NCBI GenBank assembly: GCA_951406725.2
Contig: OX597823.1
Coordinates: forward strand, 55,490,001-55,554,000
Direction of reading: 5' to 3'
Source: Octopus vulgaris
Lineage: Eukaryota
Length of the DNA stretch: 64,000 nt
Translations under genes and position numbers: made by a program
Part shown: positions 12,966 to 27,859 of the stretch, one piece after another
How the letters are laid out: every line of letters begins with the position of its first letter
Numbering within the stretch: the first letter of the stretch is position 1
The notes under the pieces: generated by a model
What the model was told of the DNA's origin: nothing
The model's input: the letters and a program-made list of their open reading frames with translations, nothing else
Database searches by the model: none

Positions 12966-13569
12966 AGAGACAGCGACAGACACAGACAGACAGACAGGGA
13001 CAGAGAGAGAGAGGCAGACAGACAGGCAGACAGACAGACAGATAGACAGACAGACAGACAGAGTATGTACATTCGCCTTAGAATCTTGACGATAATACAC
13101 TGTCAGCAATGAAAGAATCTAAGGACTGTCCTCCGTCAGAAAAAAACGAATTTTAATAACAAAGTGCTTAGATAAAAGTAATTAAGAAGAATATGACGGT
13201 AAGACGTATATGAAAAAGAAGCAGGGTTATTAGACTATAAAAAAACAAACAAACAATAAAGAAATCAATAATTTAATATATAATAGAGACAGTTATTTGA
13301 AAGAACAGTCAGTTCAGAGAGTGTAACGTTGCTATATCAGGTATTAAAGCTTGATGAAAGAAGGGGGACAACCTTTACGGAAGTACGTAAAAGACGGAGA
13401 TAAAACGTTCCGGTTATATTTTGTTCATGGTTCTACCCTTCTTTTATCTCGTATTTTCTACTCGTTTCATGTCAGTGGACGTTAAATATGTAGAACATTA
13501 AAAAGTCTTATTTTATAATTTCATAGGAGTTCCAATAGATAGAGTTTCTTTAGAATCCATTCCGAAATC

Positions 13570-14160
13570 TTTGAACATAAACGTTAGGCTCTGTTCAGAC
13601 GGCAATGAGAAGCTGTGGTCAAAGCTCGACTGGAGAAGAAGGTTGCTGCCGGAAGACCATGTGTGGCAGCAGCATTCGGTTCTTTGCTATATTTCCAGAA
13701 AGAATCAAAAGTGGTTGTCGGAGAATTTCTTCGACTTCTCACCAGCACCAATTTCTGGCTTCCCAATTCCCGCGATTGAAATCTCATGGATTACTACGTG
13801 TAGGGCACGGTTGAAAAAGACACCAACCGCTCTGGCTGAAACACGGAGACTGAGCTGGTGGTCATGATTAGGGAGGTGTTTGAAGATATTCCCAGGGACA
13901 CAGTGAGGAATGCATGTGTCAGGTTCCATAGCCATCTTTAGATCGTGGTGGAAGCTAAGATAAGTTTTACTTTGAGTAAACTGTTATTTCCCAGTTATAA
14001 TTTAATTCAGTGATTACAACCTTTGCGAACCACCAGGCTGGGAACCACTGATCTAGTTGATATCTTTTTCATGTTTCTTTTAAAAATACTTCTACTTTTG
14101 ATAGGATGTTGTGTTTTCCTTTTAAGCAAACTGCTAAATTTAGCCCACGAACACCTTGTA
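13570..14160 (+). pseudogene. Decayed Tc1/mariner-superfamily (maT/DD37D-like) transposase C-terminus and right TIR
   Basis: Translates across stops and frameshifts as VWQQHSVLCY...QKWLSENFFDF...WLPNSRD*NLMDYYV*GTVEKDTN (compare WPPNSPDLNPMDY); ends acaccttgta (compare the TACAGGGTG TIR). Confidence 0.8.
14008..14050. mobile_element. Tiny hAT-type MITE nested in the maT remnant
   Basis: cagtgattacaacct...aggctgggaaccactg termini; flanks atttaatt / atctagtt. Confidence 0.5.
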
Positions 14161-14186
14161 TAATCCTTTAATCTTTATCACAATCA

Positions 14187-14410
14187 TACGAGGGGATTCT
14201 GCAAAGTTCCTAGCTTCGGATAAAAGAAAATACAGGAGAGCCAGTTAATAATGATTTTATTCAATATATTCCCCTCTCAGATTCACACACTTATTGCAGC
14301 AGTCCTTCAATTTTTCTTAGCCCAGTAAAAGAACTCGAAAGCTTGGGCCTCCAACCAGGTCTTTCGCGACACCCATGAAGTCAGGAACTTTTCAGCCTCC
14401 ACCCTTCGTA
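14187..14410. mobile_element. Mariner-type MITE
   Basis: Imperfect TIRs tacgaggggattctgcaaagttcct / aggaacttttcagcctccacccttcgta, with TA termini. Confidence 0.75.
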
Positions 14411-14557
14411 TATGTATAGTAGTATAATTATGCTTAAATCCTCATTTCGTGATAGCTGACGTTCTTAGACTCTAATATTTAAATAAATTTATAAAAAGTT
14501 TTGGCTTTGAATGTGATAATGATGTCACTTTTATAGTTTATACACACACACACGCAC

Positions 14558-14613
<56 letters not shown>

Positions 14614-15187
14614 CTTCTGTGGTTTTGTTACGTAGTTGTTGATATGAATATATCTATTACTGTATGTGTACCTGCGTGTTGACTTTAATACATCTAAGCA
14701 TATATGTGAGTGTGTGCGAGTGCTTGTGTCAATTTGTGTTTGTGACTTTGTTTGTGTGTGTGTGTATGTGTGTGTATATGTGTGCGTGTATGTGTGTGTG
14801 TGTATGTATCTTTTCGTGTATGTTTATCAATTCCTTTATTTCTATGTTATTTTATGGAAAACTCTATACTTTTATGTCTAGCTTTTTTGCAATTGAAATT
14901 ACTGATTTCTTTGTCATTTGTTTACTTCATTATTCTGTTTACTCCACCACTAATTCCTTGTGCGTTGTCGTTACAACATTTCCTTATTAGCTTCCATCAC
15001 TGAAACCATATACCTACACCACCCTCATACATATATACATATGCGTGCGTGTGTGTGTATGTGTGTGTGTGTATACAGATATATCCATATATCCATATAT
15101 ACATTACATACTTAACACATACATTCCCAAATGTAGACAAGTATAGTTGCATTCGCACATATATGAAGCCATTTACACACATATTTA

Positions 15188-15226
<39 letters not shown>

Positions 15227-15283
15227 GTGTCCATGAGTGTGTCTAAATATACGTATGTATATAAATATGCCTATATAATACTT

Positions 15284-15335
<52 letters not shown>

Positions 15336-15368
15336 TTATTTATTTATGTATGTATGTATATATATATA

Positions 15369-15429
<61 letters not shown>

Positions 15430-15911
15430 TCACACACTCATACTTATGTACTTATTTACATCCATATACTTGCAAAGATATACATGTATAGTCATTTATA
15501 TACATACACTAACACTTATAGAATCAACTCTGTCATAAAACAGCAGAAAAAAAAGTGTTGTAGATAATCTACTCTGTTTAATATGAATGTAGCTATCAAC
15601 ATAGCCAAGAATGCTTTAGCCCAATTAAGAGAATTTTCACCCTTGCACACAAATACAAAACACTTCTACAAGAACCAGAATAACATCAGCCATCGTTATC
15701 CATCACATCCAGCCAGCTCCCATTTCAACAACCGGCTCATGGTAGAAATCTGTTCTGCCCGCATGATATTTTGTGCGTCTCTACAACGGTAAGGAGAAGT
15801 GCAATAACATCCTCTTGTTGTGTTGAGAGGAACTATATGGGACTCATCGTCGCATCCACCTTCACAAGTAACGTGGTCAACATATTATTGTGTAAATATA
15901 TTTGGAAACTC

Positions 15912-16128
15912 AAAGGCGGCGAGCAGGCAGAATCGTAAGCACGCCGGGCAAAATGCTTAGCGGCGTTTTGTCCGTTTTTACGTTCTAAGTACAAATTCTG
16001 CCGAGGTCGACTTTGCCTTTCATCGTTTCGGAGTCAATAAAACAAGTACCTGTCGATTACTGGGGGGTCGATGTAACCGACTTTCGCCCTCTCTTGGAAT
16101 TGCTGGCCTTGTACCAAAATTTGAAACC
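15912..16128 (+). mobile_element. Full-length SINE family A with an 18-bp TSD
   Basis: aatatatttggaaactca present on both sides (about 15895 and 16129). Confidence 0.9.
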
Positions 16129-16602
16129 AATATATTTGGAAACTCAGGAGCAGCAAACCGTAAATTTTCTCAGTATCGTAATACATGTTTATAGAGCCAT
16201 TCCCTATTGCAACGGAGTATGAAACTGCAGGCTATTTACTTCGGCTATTCCGTTATTGGCAGTTGGAAGACAATTCAGATCTCATGTAAAAGAAAACAGT
16301 GGCTGTTGGCCTATGTAGATTAAAAATACTTGAGATATTACTAGTAAAAGATTTTCAGTTAGCCAGTAGACAATCCTTTTTATTTGAGGATATAGCTGGG
16401 AGTTGCAAAATGTACAATTACATTTCTGAGTGAATAGTGAGGAACTTTCTGAAAAATATCTCAGGTTATACTAGGATGTGTGATTCCCTGATTATGGAGT
16501 TCCCATATAAATCTAGACAACAAAGTGGAGTTTTCCTTGTCCCTGCACCTATAGAGAGACAAACGCGAGGTAATTCTTCCCTTTAACCCCACATATCTAT
16601 CT

Positions 16603-16834
16603 GTTTCTTTATTACCCACAAGGGGCTAAACTTAGAGGGGACAAACAAGGACAGACAGACAGATTAAGTCGATTACATCGACCCCAGTGCGGAACTGGTA
16701 CTTAATTTATCGACCCCGAAAAGATGAAAGGTAAAGTCGACCTCGGCGGAATTTGAACTCAGAACGTAACGGCAGACGAAATACGGCTACGCATTTCGCC
16801 CGGCGTGCTAACGGTTCTGCCAGCTCGCCGCCTT
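16603..16834 (-). mobile_element. Young full-length SINE family A
   Basis: Near-consensus copy; flanks tttaaccccacatatctatc / tttaactccacttatctatc (TSD). Confidence 0.92.
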
Positions 16835-17135
16835 TAACTCCACTTATCTATCATTCAATAAGTGCAGCCTTAACCAGAATTTACAACCTATGAAAGTCGC
16901 TTTACTGAAAAGCAGCATCGGAACGATCAGGTAATGTTTTCCTCATTTGCATAAAAGTTTAGTAATGCGATTGTAAGTCAATTTGTTAATATAAATGAAA
17001 ATAAACTTAACGAGACCTATCGAGTGATCTTTACTTGCTTTTTCACAAAGTATATATATATGTGTGTGTGTGTGTGTATATGTATATATACATATTTGTG
17101 CATATGTGTGTGTAATTACACACACACATACACAT

Positions 17136-17176
<41 letters not shown>

Positions 17177-17714
17177 GAGTGTGGGGAGAGAGTGAGTGAA
17201 TTGATACAAGAATTAAGCCAGTTGTCAATAACATTCGTACTTAGCTGAACGTTGGATATTTGGATTGAACTGTGTCAATTTACTGGTAAATCACTGTCGT
17301 TGATTCCGTCTATAGAACCTTTTTAATCACAGCTAGATTCGAACATGTGAAAAGAAATTCTTTTCTTCCAGAAGAAACAGTGCCAAAGTGTGGTGTTAAT
17401 TCTTTCGACCAAATATGAAAATTAGCCAACTAAACTATGTTTCCGGCATGTATTATTTCCTTGTTTTCCTTGTTCTTACGTTGACCTAAAAATTTATAGT
17501 CGTATAAGGAAAATAGAAATTGCGATCAACTTTATTAGTATAGTCGTGTGATTCATAGTTCCCTTCACATCTGCGTAGACCCGAGTTCAATTCCACTGAA
17601 TGGTACTTTGGAAAGGTACTTTCTGCTGTAGTCCCGAGTTGATCAATATCAAGTGTACAACCGTACATGTGCGTTTATGCAAGTTTGTGCAAGCGATTGT
17701 GTGTACGCGCACGC

Positions 17715-17778
<64 letters not shown>

Positions 17779-17797
17779 GTGCAATAATTAGATTATA

Positions 17798-19008
17798 TAC
17801 AAGGGTCGGCTGAAAGGTTCTTACGCTGACCAAGATACTCTTATGGAAGGTGACCAAACGAGGTTTATTTTTCAACAGAATCTTCCTTACGATTCACACA
17901 CGGTGTTGCCATGCTTGGATCTAATTGGTGAACTAGCTTTCATCCTGTAGATCAAAAAATGTCATCAACAGTAGATATGATGTTATCACCATTGCGATAC
18001 TAGTTCCCAGCCAAGTGTTTTTCGTGTTGAGGAACTGATGGTAGTCAGATGGAGCCAAATGAGGTGAACAGGGAAGTGGTCAACCACTTTAAAGCCACGG
18101 TCACGCACAGTAGCCATTGAAACGAAGGACTTGTGTGCTGCAGCCTTGTCCTGACGAAACAAGACCACTTCCGTTAGTCTTCCTGGGCGTTTGGTCTTAA
18201 TAGCCTTTCGTAACTGCTTCTACAAGATGGCATAGTATTCTCCATTGATAATGTGGCCCTTTTGAAGTTAGGGATGTCTCTTGCATTCCCCAAAACGGAG
18301 GCCTTTTCTGCAAGCGAAACTACGTTGGCCTTTTTTGGAGTTGATGAGGAGTGGTTGCTTCCACTGCATGGACTGTCTCATATTCTCCGGCTCAAAGTGA
18401 TGAATCCAACACCCAATACCCAATAACCAGCTGAATCTGCCTCTAACAATGTCAGATCACGTATTAGAAGATGTAGTACCCACCAAGCAGAAACCTTCGT
18501 CATGCCAAGTTCACTGTGCAAAATATTCTCAATTCTCTCACGGGGTATACTAATAGCATTAGTTATTTGATGTATAATCAATCGCCTGTCATTCATTGTC
18601 ATGTGGTGAACATGATCAATGTTTTCCTTGGTGGTGGCAATTGCAGGACGTCCAAACCTTGGGTCATTTTTAAGATACTCCCTATCTTTAAGTCACTCCC
18701 TTTTACTGTTGATAAAGCTGAAGCATCATCCCCTAATGTAGCAACCATGTCAGCACGAATGTCTTTATGGGCCAAACCCCTTTTCTTCAGGTACTTGATG
18801 ATACCGCGATACCAAATTTTGTCCATTTTCAAGAGAATTTGCTACTAGTTATTTTTTAAGTCTTCTTTGAACAGTCAGATATGAGTTTACCTGGAATGAG
18901 ACAATACAGTGGATAATAAGAAAGGCTGAAACTAATACATGCAAGTTTTTACAGCTCAGGTATCACTCCTTCATAGTCAGCCATTGAACTTTTCAGCCCA
19001 CCTACTTA
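17798..19008 (-). mobile_element. Near full-length decayed mariner element
   Basis: TIRs ggctgaaaggttc / gaacttttcagcc; frameshifted transposase MDKIWYRGIIKYLKKRGLAHKDIRADMVATLGDDA..., DRRLII...ILHSELGMTKVSAWWVLHLL (WVPHxL motif). Confidence 0.92.
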
Positions 19009-19022
19009 TTATGCGCTTAATC

Positions 19023-19407
19023 GTGGAGGATCAAAGGCCCAGTGGTTAGAGCAGCGGACTCGCGGTCATAGGATCGCGGTTTCGATTCCCAGACCGGGCG
19101 TTGTGAGTATTTATTGAGCGAAAACACCTAAAGCTCCACGAGGCTCCGGCAGGGGATGGTGGTGATCCCTGCTGTACTCTTTCACCACAACTTTCTCTCA
19201 CTTTTACTTCCTGTTTCTGTTGTACCTGTATTTCAAAGGGCCGGCCTTGTCACTCTCTGTGTCACGCTGAATATCCCCGGGAACTACGTTAAGAGTACAC
19301 GTGTCTGTGGAGTGCTCAGCCACTTACACGTTAATTTCACGAGCAGGCTGTTCCGTTGATTCGGATCAACCGGAACCCTCGTCGTCGTAACCGACGGAGT
19401 GCTTCCA
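19023..19407 (+). mobile_element. tRNA-derived SINE family C (extended-head variant)
   Basis: ggcccagtggttagagc A box, ggtttcgattccc B box; tail ...ccctcgtcgtcgtaaccgacggagtgc. Confidence 0.88.
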
Positions 19408-19694
19408 TGCGCTTAATTGTATTTTGTTTTAGGCATGACTTCCCGAACTGCGATACAAACAATGTTGGGAAATTCTGCCATACATCATTAGAAGGAGTCC
19501 GATTGGCTGAAGACCACAAAAGTGGAGTGTCAAATAGCGTTTGTTGGGCATCTACGTCGTTCTTTGTAGAGCGTTTATTTTGGACGGAATGAGAAATATA
19601 AATGAAAAAGTATTTTACCTTGTTTTGTTGTCAGATAACTTTTTTTTTTCCACTGTTGGATAATCATGAAATGTTGATCAATTATATTTGAATG

Positions 19695-19730
19695 ACTTAC
19701 CTGAAATAGAAACAAAATAACAAACATGAG
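19695..19730 (-). promoter_or_regulatory. Candidate recursive splice site (3' splice site fused to a consensus 5' splice site)
   Basis: Minus strand reads ctcatgtttgttattttgtttctatttcAG|GTAAGT in apparently unique sequence; junction between 19701 and 19700. Confidence 0.45.
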
Positions 19731-20043
19731 TATTACAATATTTACTATTTGTCGGAAAATATATATATGAATTAAATCGACGAGTAGTATAAGATGTGAA
19801 TTTGGAGAAACGTGCAGCTATAACAAAAAGCTCCATTGACATATTGTTATCAATTACAAAGATGTGTAATGTAGAGCTTCCGCATAACAGAAGCTCCAGA
19901 AAATCCGCGAGATAAAATAATTGCATGAGATGAATATATAAAGCATAAGGTCTGGATATGAGAGGAGACTATATATTTATTTAACAGCGTGACTTCCATA
20001 AGGTTACGGCCGTTTCGCAACCTTCTTCTAGTATTCATTTCAA

Positions 20044-20074
<31 letters not shown>

Positions 20075-20104
20075 TTGTGTGCGTGTGTGTGTTGTGTGTG
20101 TGTG

Positions 20105-20139
<35 letters not shown>

Positions 20140-20224
20140 GTGTATAACAGAACATACGTAAACAGGTAGTCAATAGGTATCCAGTCAGTTTATAACATAT
20201 ATACTTATATAACATGCTAAGGAG

Positions 20225-20460
20225 AAGTGCACGTAAAAAAGCATCTATGTCAGTTGCACAGATAAAGTAGTGGTGTTGGTACCACGTAAAATGCACCCAG
20301 TACATTCTGTGAAGTGATTTGGCTTTAGGAAGAGAATCCAACCGTAGAAGCCAGGTCAAAACCGACGACTGGAGCCTAATGCAGTTCGCCGGCTGGCCAC
20401 CGCCTGTTGGCCCGTCCAACCCATGGTAGAACGGAAAACGAACGTTAAATGATGATGATG
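20225..20460 (+). mobile_element. SINE 3' part with a V-domain-like block and (GAT)n tail
   Basis: ggctttaggaagagaatccaaccgtagaa (compare ggaagggcatccagccgtaaaa) and cgttaaatgatgatg ending. Confidence 0.55.
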
Positions 20461-20505
20461 ATGATGATGATGATGAGGAGGAGGAGGAGGAGGAGGAGGA
20501 GGATG

Positions 20506-20536
<31 letters not shown>

Positions 20537-20853
20537 TGGTGATTGTATGGATCAGGAAGAGACCAGAATGTAAAAGGTAAAATGTTCGTAATGCTTCATA
20601 TATAGATGTATGTATGTATGTATATATATAAATGTAAGATCCAAGGATCGAGGTGTAGGAAGAAAGTTAGCTTCAAGCAATCCGTAGTAAATATTAAAAT
20701 CAACTTTCAGGAACAATAGGGGTTTAATGAGGCGGAATATTGTGGATTTTTTCGTATCGGAGTACGATAAACTCAAAAATTAAATTTTTATATTTCATGG
20801 TAGGTAATCAAATTTGCCGGATATGCGAATACAGGTACAAGAGTGAAGAAATC

Positions 20854-21041
20854 GAGTCGATAAGATCCGGGCTACATATGCTTCAAAGCGAGCAGAACCT
20901 CGGAAGTGGTAAGTCGAGGTGCATAGCACAGTCTACACTTGCCCTGACGAAGTAGCCTGCAGTATGCACCTCGCTTGGATATTTACCACTTCCGAGGTCC
21001 CGCTCGCTATGAAGCATATGTGGCCCAGATCATATCTACTC
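20854..21041. repeat. About 190-bp foldback palindrome (MITE-like)
   Basis: acctcggaagtggtaa/ttaccacttccgaggt, cgaggtgcata/tatgcacctcg and catatgcttca/tgaagcatatg pair in nested order. Confidence 0.9.
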
Positions 21042-21055
21042 CATTTTATAACTCT

Positions 21056-23230
<2,175 letters not shown>

Positions 23231-23744
23231 GCGCAGTCACACCTTTGATACATCGTTAACAACGGGATAAAGAAAGCAGTTTCGCTGATGTCTCTAATGT
23301 AGGTATTGAGTTGATGATTCATTGTTATAAATCGCAATAACAACAAGAACAACAGTTATTTGCAAGAGCAACAGTAGCAACTCTAAGGTATCCGCTACGA
23401 CAATGCCGACGGCGACAAACGACGACGACGACGACGACTATGAATGTTATGTCGATGATGATACTGATGAGGAGGCGGATGATACTGAGGATGGTGATCC
23501 TTCGTCGCATTGCAGAAGGTTACAAATCTGTTGCTGAAAAGGTATGAATGATTAAAATTAAAGAGGTAACTTATGGGTATCTAATTTTATCAACACATAT
23601 AATGTCAGGTTATAGCTGCTACTAACGCCGTACCACCTGTTTCATGGTGGGGTGTCTGACCATTATAACCATTTTCACTGATACACACACTTAGTATACC
23701 GAGAAGAGTTTGTGATTAACAAGTAGGCTTAAAACGAAAAACCT

Positions 23745-23912
23745 CCTGGAGTGGCAGTGTGGCACAAAGTACGTTTCTCAACCGTATGCTTCCAGGTTCA
23801 GTCCCGCTGCGTGGCACCTTGCGCAAGGGAATTCTAATATAGCCTCATGTTGACTTAAGACTTGTGAGTGGATTTGAATGACGGAAACTGAAAGAACCCA
23901 TTTATATATATT

Positions 23913-23974
<62 letters not shown>

Positions 23975-24200
23975 TATGAGTGTGTGTGTGCACGTGTGTG
24001 TGTGTGTCTTTGTGTCTGTGTTTGTGTTTGTCTTACGCTTCCACTGCTCGATAACCTGTGTTGTGTATATCCCCTGTAACCTAGCGTTTTGGCAAAAAAG
24101 ACCGATATAATAAGTACTAGGTTCGATTCATTCGACTAAAAATTCTTCAAAACGGTGCACCAGCATGGTCGCATGACTCAAATAAGTAAAAGATAAAAAG
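23745..24200 (+). mobile_element. Full-length SINE family B with internal (TG)n
   Basis: ggagtggcagtgtgg head, ggttcagtcccgctgcgtggcacctt, tail ccagcatggtcgca...aagtaaaagataaaa. Confidence 0.85.
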
Positions 24201-24484
24201 GCGGAAGCGCATCTCATGGAAATGTCAACGGAAAGTTTGTAGACCTAAATAGTTTTATTATCCAATGAAATACACATGGCTATATATGTGTGACTCCTTA
24301 GGCTACATATTTAGATGAATTTCAGTGAATCCCACCTAAACCCATACATATAGAAGAAAAACAAACTTGGAACAGACTGTATCGAAAAAGTGAACGCACT
24401 TGAAGCTCCAAACTTAACACAGTAGTTCATATAGTTTGGCGTTCAGCTGGTTTATCACGTAAAAGATAACAAGTTACGGTGTTA

Positions 24485-24660
24485 TCCGGCTGTGTCCGGC
24501 TGTGACCGATTAGTCCGGTGCGTGCTCAGAAGGCCCTGCCGCAAGTCGGGCACTAGTGGTTTTGCTGGGATTGATGGCCAGGAGTTCACGCTGGACCTGT
24601 GCAGTTCGCGTTGTTTTTGAGTTTCCCGGGCGTCGGAGTTGATCTGAAAGCTCTTCAGTG
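24485..24660 (-). mobile_element. RTE-type LINE 3' fragment (C-terminal zinc finger)
   Basis: Minus strand translates CPTCGRAF*ARTGLIGHSRT, matching the CPTCGRxFRARIGLISHxRTH end of RTE ORFs. Confidence 0.7.
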
Positions 24661-26304
24661 AATCTTTGATTGTACCCTTGGAGCGCTTTTTATATATATA
24701 TGTGTCTATATATATTTTTATGCATGAAGACAGCATTTCCCTCTCCACCCTAACCTTCTTCTCCAAGTACTAGAAAAGAGAAAAAAAAACGAAGATATAA
24801 TCTTGGACGAAGTGGAAGACGTCTTCAGTTTTTTAACCATTCTGACCATGTAATTTCTTTTCGACATAGCCACAAGACAGACGAGAACTGTCTATCCTCT
24901 TCAAAAAGACTCGACTGGCAACGTATCCATGCCTGCATAATTAATCACGAGCTGGTAGCTCTACTCGGTAGACCGTGGAAATTGTCTATGTTCCTGCTAA
25001 AGATCTTGGAAAAAGAAATCAAGTATTCTACACCATCAGCAGTAACACGAACACACCTTAGAATAATTGCATGTTATAGATGGGGTGAGGTGCGGGAAAC
25101 TTTATGTATTTGATAGATTTTTTGAAATAGCAAACAAATCTCTTTCTAATTTTACTGTATACTGCTGACGGACACAAAAGTTTTCAATACAACAGAAACA
25201 GTAGAAACAGGGCGGGATTATTGCATGTAGAGTGCCTTTGGCCAATAAGTTGATGTGATCAGAGTAGATTAAGGGTAAAAGGAAATGCCAGGTAATCCTG
25301 CTTGTCATTGCGTTACTTAGCCCGTCGGTAACGCTTTCACGTGATTAGAGAAAAAGAGAGACGAAAAAGAGTAAGGCGAAGAATGAGGTAGAAAGAGGGA
25401 GAAAGAAAAAAAAGGGAGAGAGAAGTGTCCATGACGGGAGGTAAGGGGAATGTAATATTTATTACGTGGTTAAAAAGTTAGTTGAAGGTAGAGGATGAAA
25501 GTTAAAAATATAATTTTAGCACAGGAGTGATGTTCTGATGGTGAAGTTAAAGAAAGGCGGAGAGCAGAGAGAGAGTGAGAGAGAGAGAGAGAGAGAGGGA
25601 GGGAGGTGGTGGTGGTGGTGGTGGTGATGGTGATTGGATAATGAAAATTGTATTTTTTAAAATTGAACTAAGTTTTTTTTTTATCACCTATCACTTAACG
25701 CATGCGCATAAGTGCAATTCCGTGAAATATTCAAGCTTATTTACGTAGCAGATATATGCAATTTAACTAAAGGTTGTATCATATGTACAGATATTTCTTG
25801 TTTGCTTATAGGGAAAATGGGAAAATAAGAGTGAATATTTTATGAGTGCTGTGTATTAAGTCTATAAAATTGTGCATAGAATATATAAAGTGTATATATA
25901 AAGTGCATTAAGAAATCATCGTATTCCAATTTTTTTACACTTTTACTGAGTAGCAGATGAGCAACTATCTTTCCATACAGACACAACTCAGGCTACGCTT
26001 TCAGGTTTTTTGGATAAAGTTTTCAGCAATAACCCAATAGGTTTACCATTAATTTCGTGAAATATTCACGAGTCCCGTTAGTATTCATAATTGCTAGCAA
26101 AACCCGTAGTCGTTTCACGTTTGATAAATTTTCTCTCTCTTATTTTTATTTTGGTGATTAGATTTATAGAGCTTCACAAAGTTGTTTTATTATGTTAATT
26201 TTTTTTCTATAACGAGCTAAACGACAGTGGGGTTAAATATAATAATAATAACTACAACAACAACAACAACAACAATAACAACAACAACAACAACAATAAT
26301 AATG

Positions 26305-27256
26305 ATAACCCTTTCTACTAAAGGCGCAAGGGTTGAAAATTTTGGGGAGAGGAGTAGTCGATTACATCGACCCCGGAGTTTCACTGGTACTTAATTTATC
26401 GACCCCGAAAATATATAATTTAGGGACAATGCCAGCAATTTTGTGGACATGGGACTAGTTAAAACTATCGACCAGTCAAATACCAGTAAAGTATCAGTCA
26501 AATACTGGTATTTGACTGGTACTTTACTTTATCGGTCCAAGAGGTAGGAAGGTTAAGTTGGTCTCCACAAGATTTGAACGTGTGTGCGAAAAGAGACCGA
26601 ATAAATATCTTAAGGCATTTTCTCCGACGCTCTAACAATTTTGTCCGTTCGATATCCGAAACATTTTCAAGATAATTCTGTCTACTATAGACACAAGGAC
26701 TGAAATTTTGTGGGAAGGTAATAGTCGATTATATGGACCCCTGTACTCAGCTGGTACTTATTTTATTGACCCCGAAACTACGAAAGACAAAGTCAACCCC
26801 AGTGGAATTTGAATTCAGAGCGTAAAAACGGAATAAATGCCTATTTCTTTACTACCCACAAGGAGCTAAACACAGTGGGGGACACACAAGGACAGACAAA
26901 CGGATTAAGTCGATTACATCGACCCCAGTGCGTAACTGATACTTATTTAATCGACCCCGAAAGGATGAAATGCAAAATCGACCTCGGCGGAATTTGAACT
27001 CAGAACGTACTAACGGGCGAAATACCTATTTCATTACTACTCACAATGGGCTAAACATAGAGGGGACAAACAAGGACAGACAAACGGATTAAGTCGATTG
27101 TATCGACCCCAGTGCGTAACTGGTACTTAATTTATCGATCCTGAAAGGATGAAAGGCAAAGTCGACCTCGGCAGAATTTGAACTCAGAACGTAGCGGCAG
27201 ACGAACGCTAAGCATTTCGCCCGGTATGCTAACGATTCTGCCAGCTCACCGCCTTG
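26305..27256 (-). mobile_element. Cluster of five SINE family A units
   Basis: Repeated central domain; junctions atgcctatttctt (about 26840) and atacctatttcatt (about 27024); full head at about 27255. Confidence 0.9.
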
Positions 27257-27859
27257 ACAATAAGAATGATTATCAATTCGGCCGTTACTGACAGCCGAGT
27301 ATGACTTGGTGGCAGTTTGTACCATGCCTTTGCTCCTGTTTTAGATGTTCATATAGTTGCACCTAGAAGCAGAGATATCACCACCATCCCACTCTTTTCC
27401 CAGCCGAACCTCAAAGCCGTAGTGCTTAGAAGGAAAGCTGGTTGTACTCCATTACTTTGACTGGTAGTTTATTTTACTAAATTTGGAAGGGTGAAAAGCA
27501 AGTATACTTCGACAAGTTTTGAAGTCTGATCAAAACAAGTGAGTAAATGGCATATGATATTGTTATCCAACTCTCTAACGATTCTGCCAGCTCACCGAGT
27601 TAATAGCGTGCTATTCTGTCACGAAATGTTACTCTTTCGCGGGCTAATAACCTCCTTTTGACCTCTATTTATATTCTTAACCGCTGTAGTCAGAAACACG
27701 GGAGGGGTGTAAGTTAACAACTGTTAGTGAGGGAGAGAGCGAAACAGTGATTAGTTAGTAGAGTCGATTGAATAAGGGAAAATGTTTTACAGCATTCAAT
27801 CCAGCTCTTTGCGTTCGAAGTCCGAATTCCACTAAGGTCAACTTGTATTTTCTTTTAAA

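Noticed and set aside
19023-19100. Possible tRNA genes at SINE heads
   Set aside because: A and B boxes continue into SINE bodies, and I could not form a full cloverleaf.
19356-19592. 78-aa ORF with an acceptor-like site at about 19432
   Set aside because: Starts within a SINE tail, has no recognisable domain and no donor.
23516-23541. Plus-strand 26-nt exon candidate (ttgcag|...AAG|gtatga)
   Set aside because: Mediocre pyrimidine tract, adjacent to trinucleotide repeats, no supporting neighbours.
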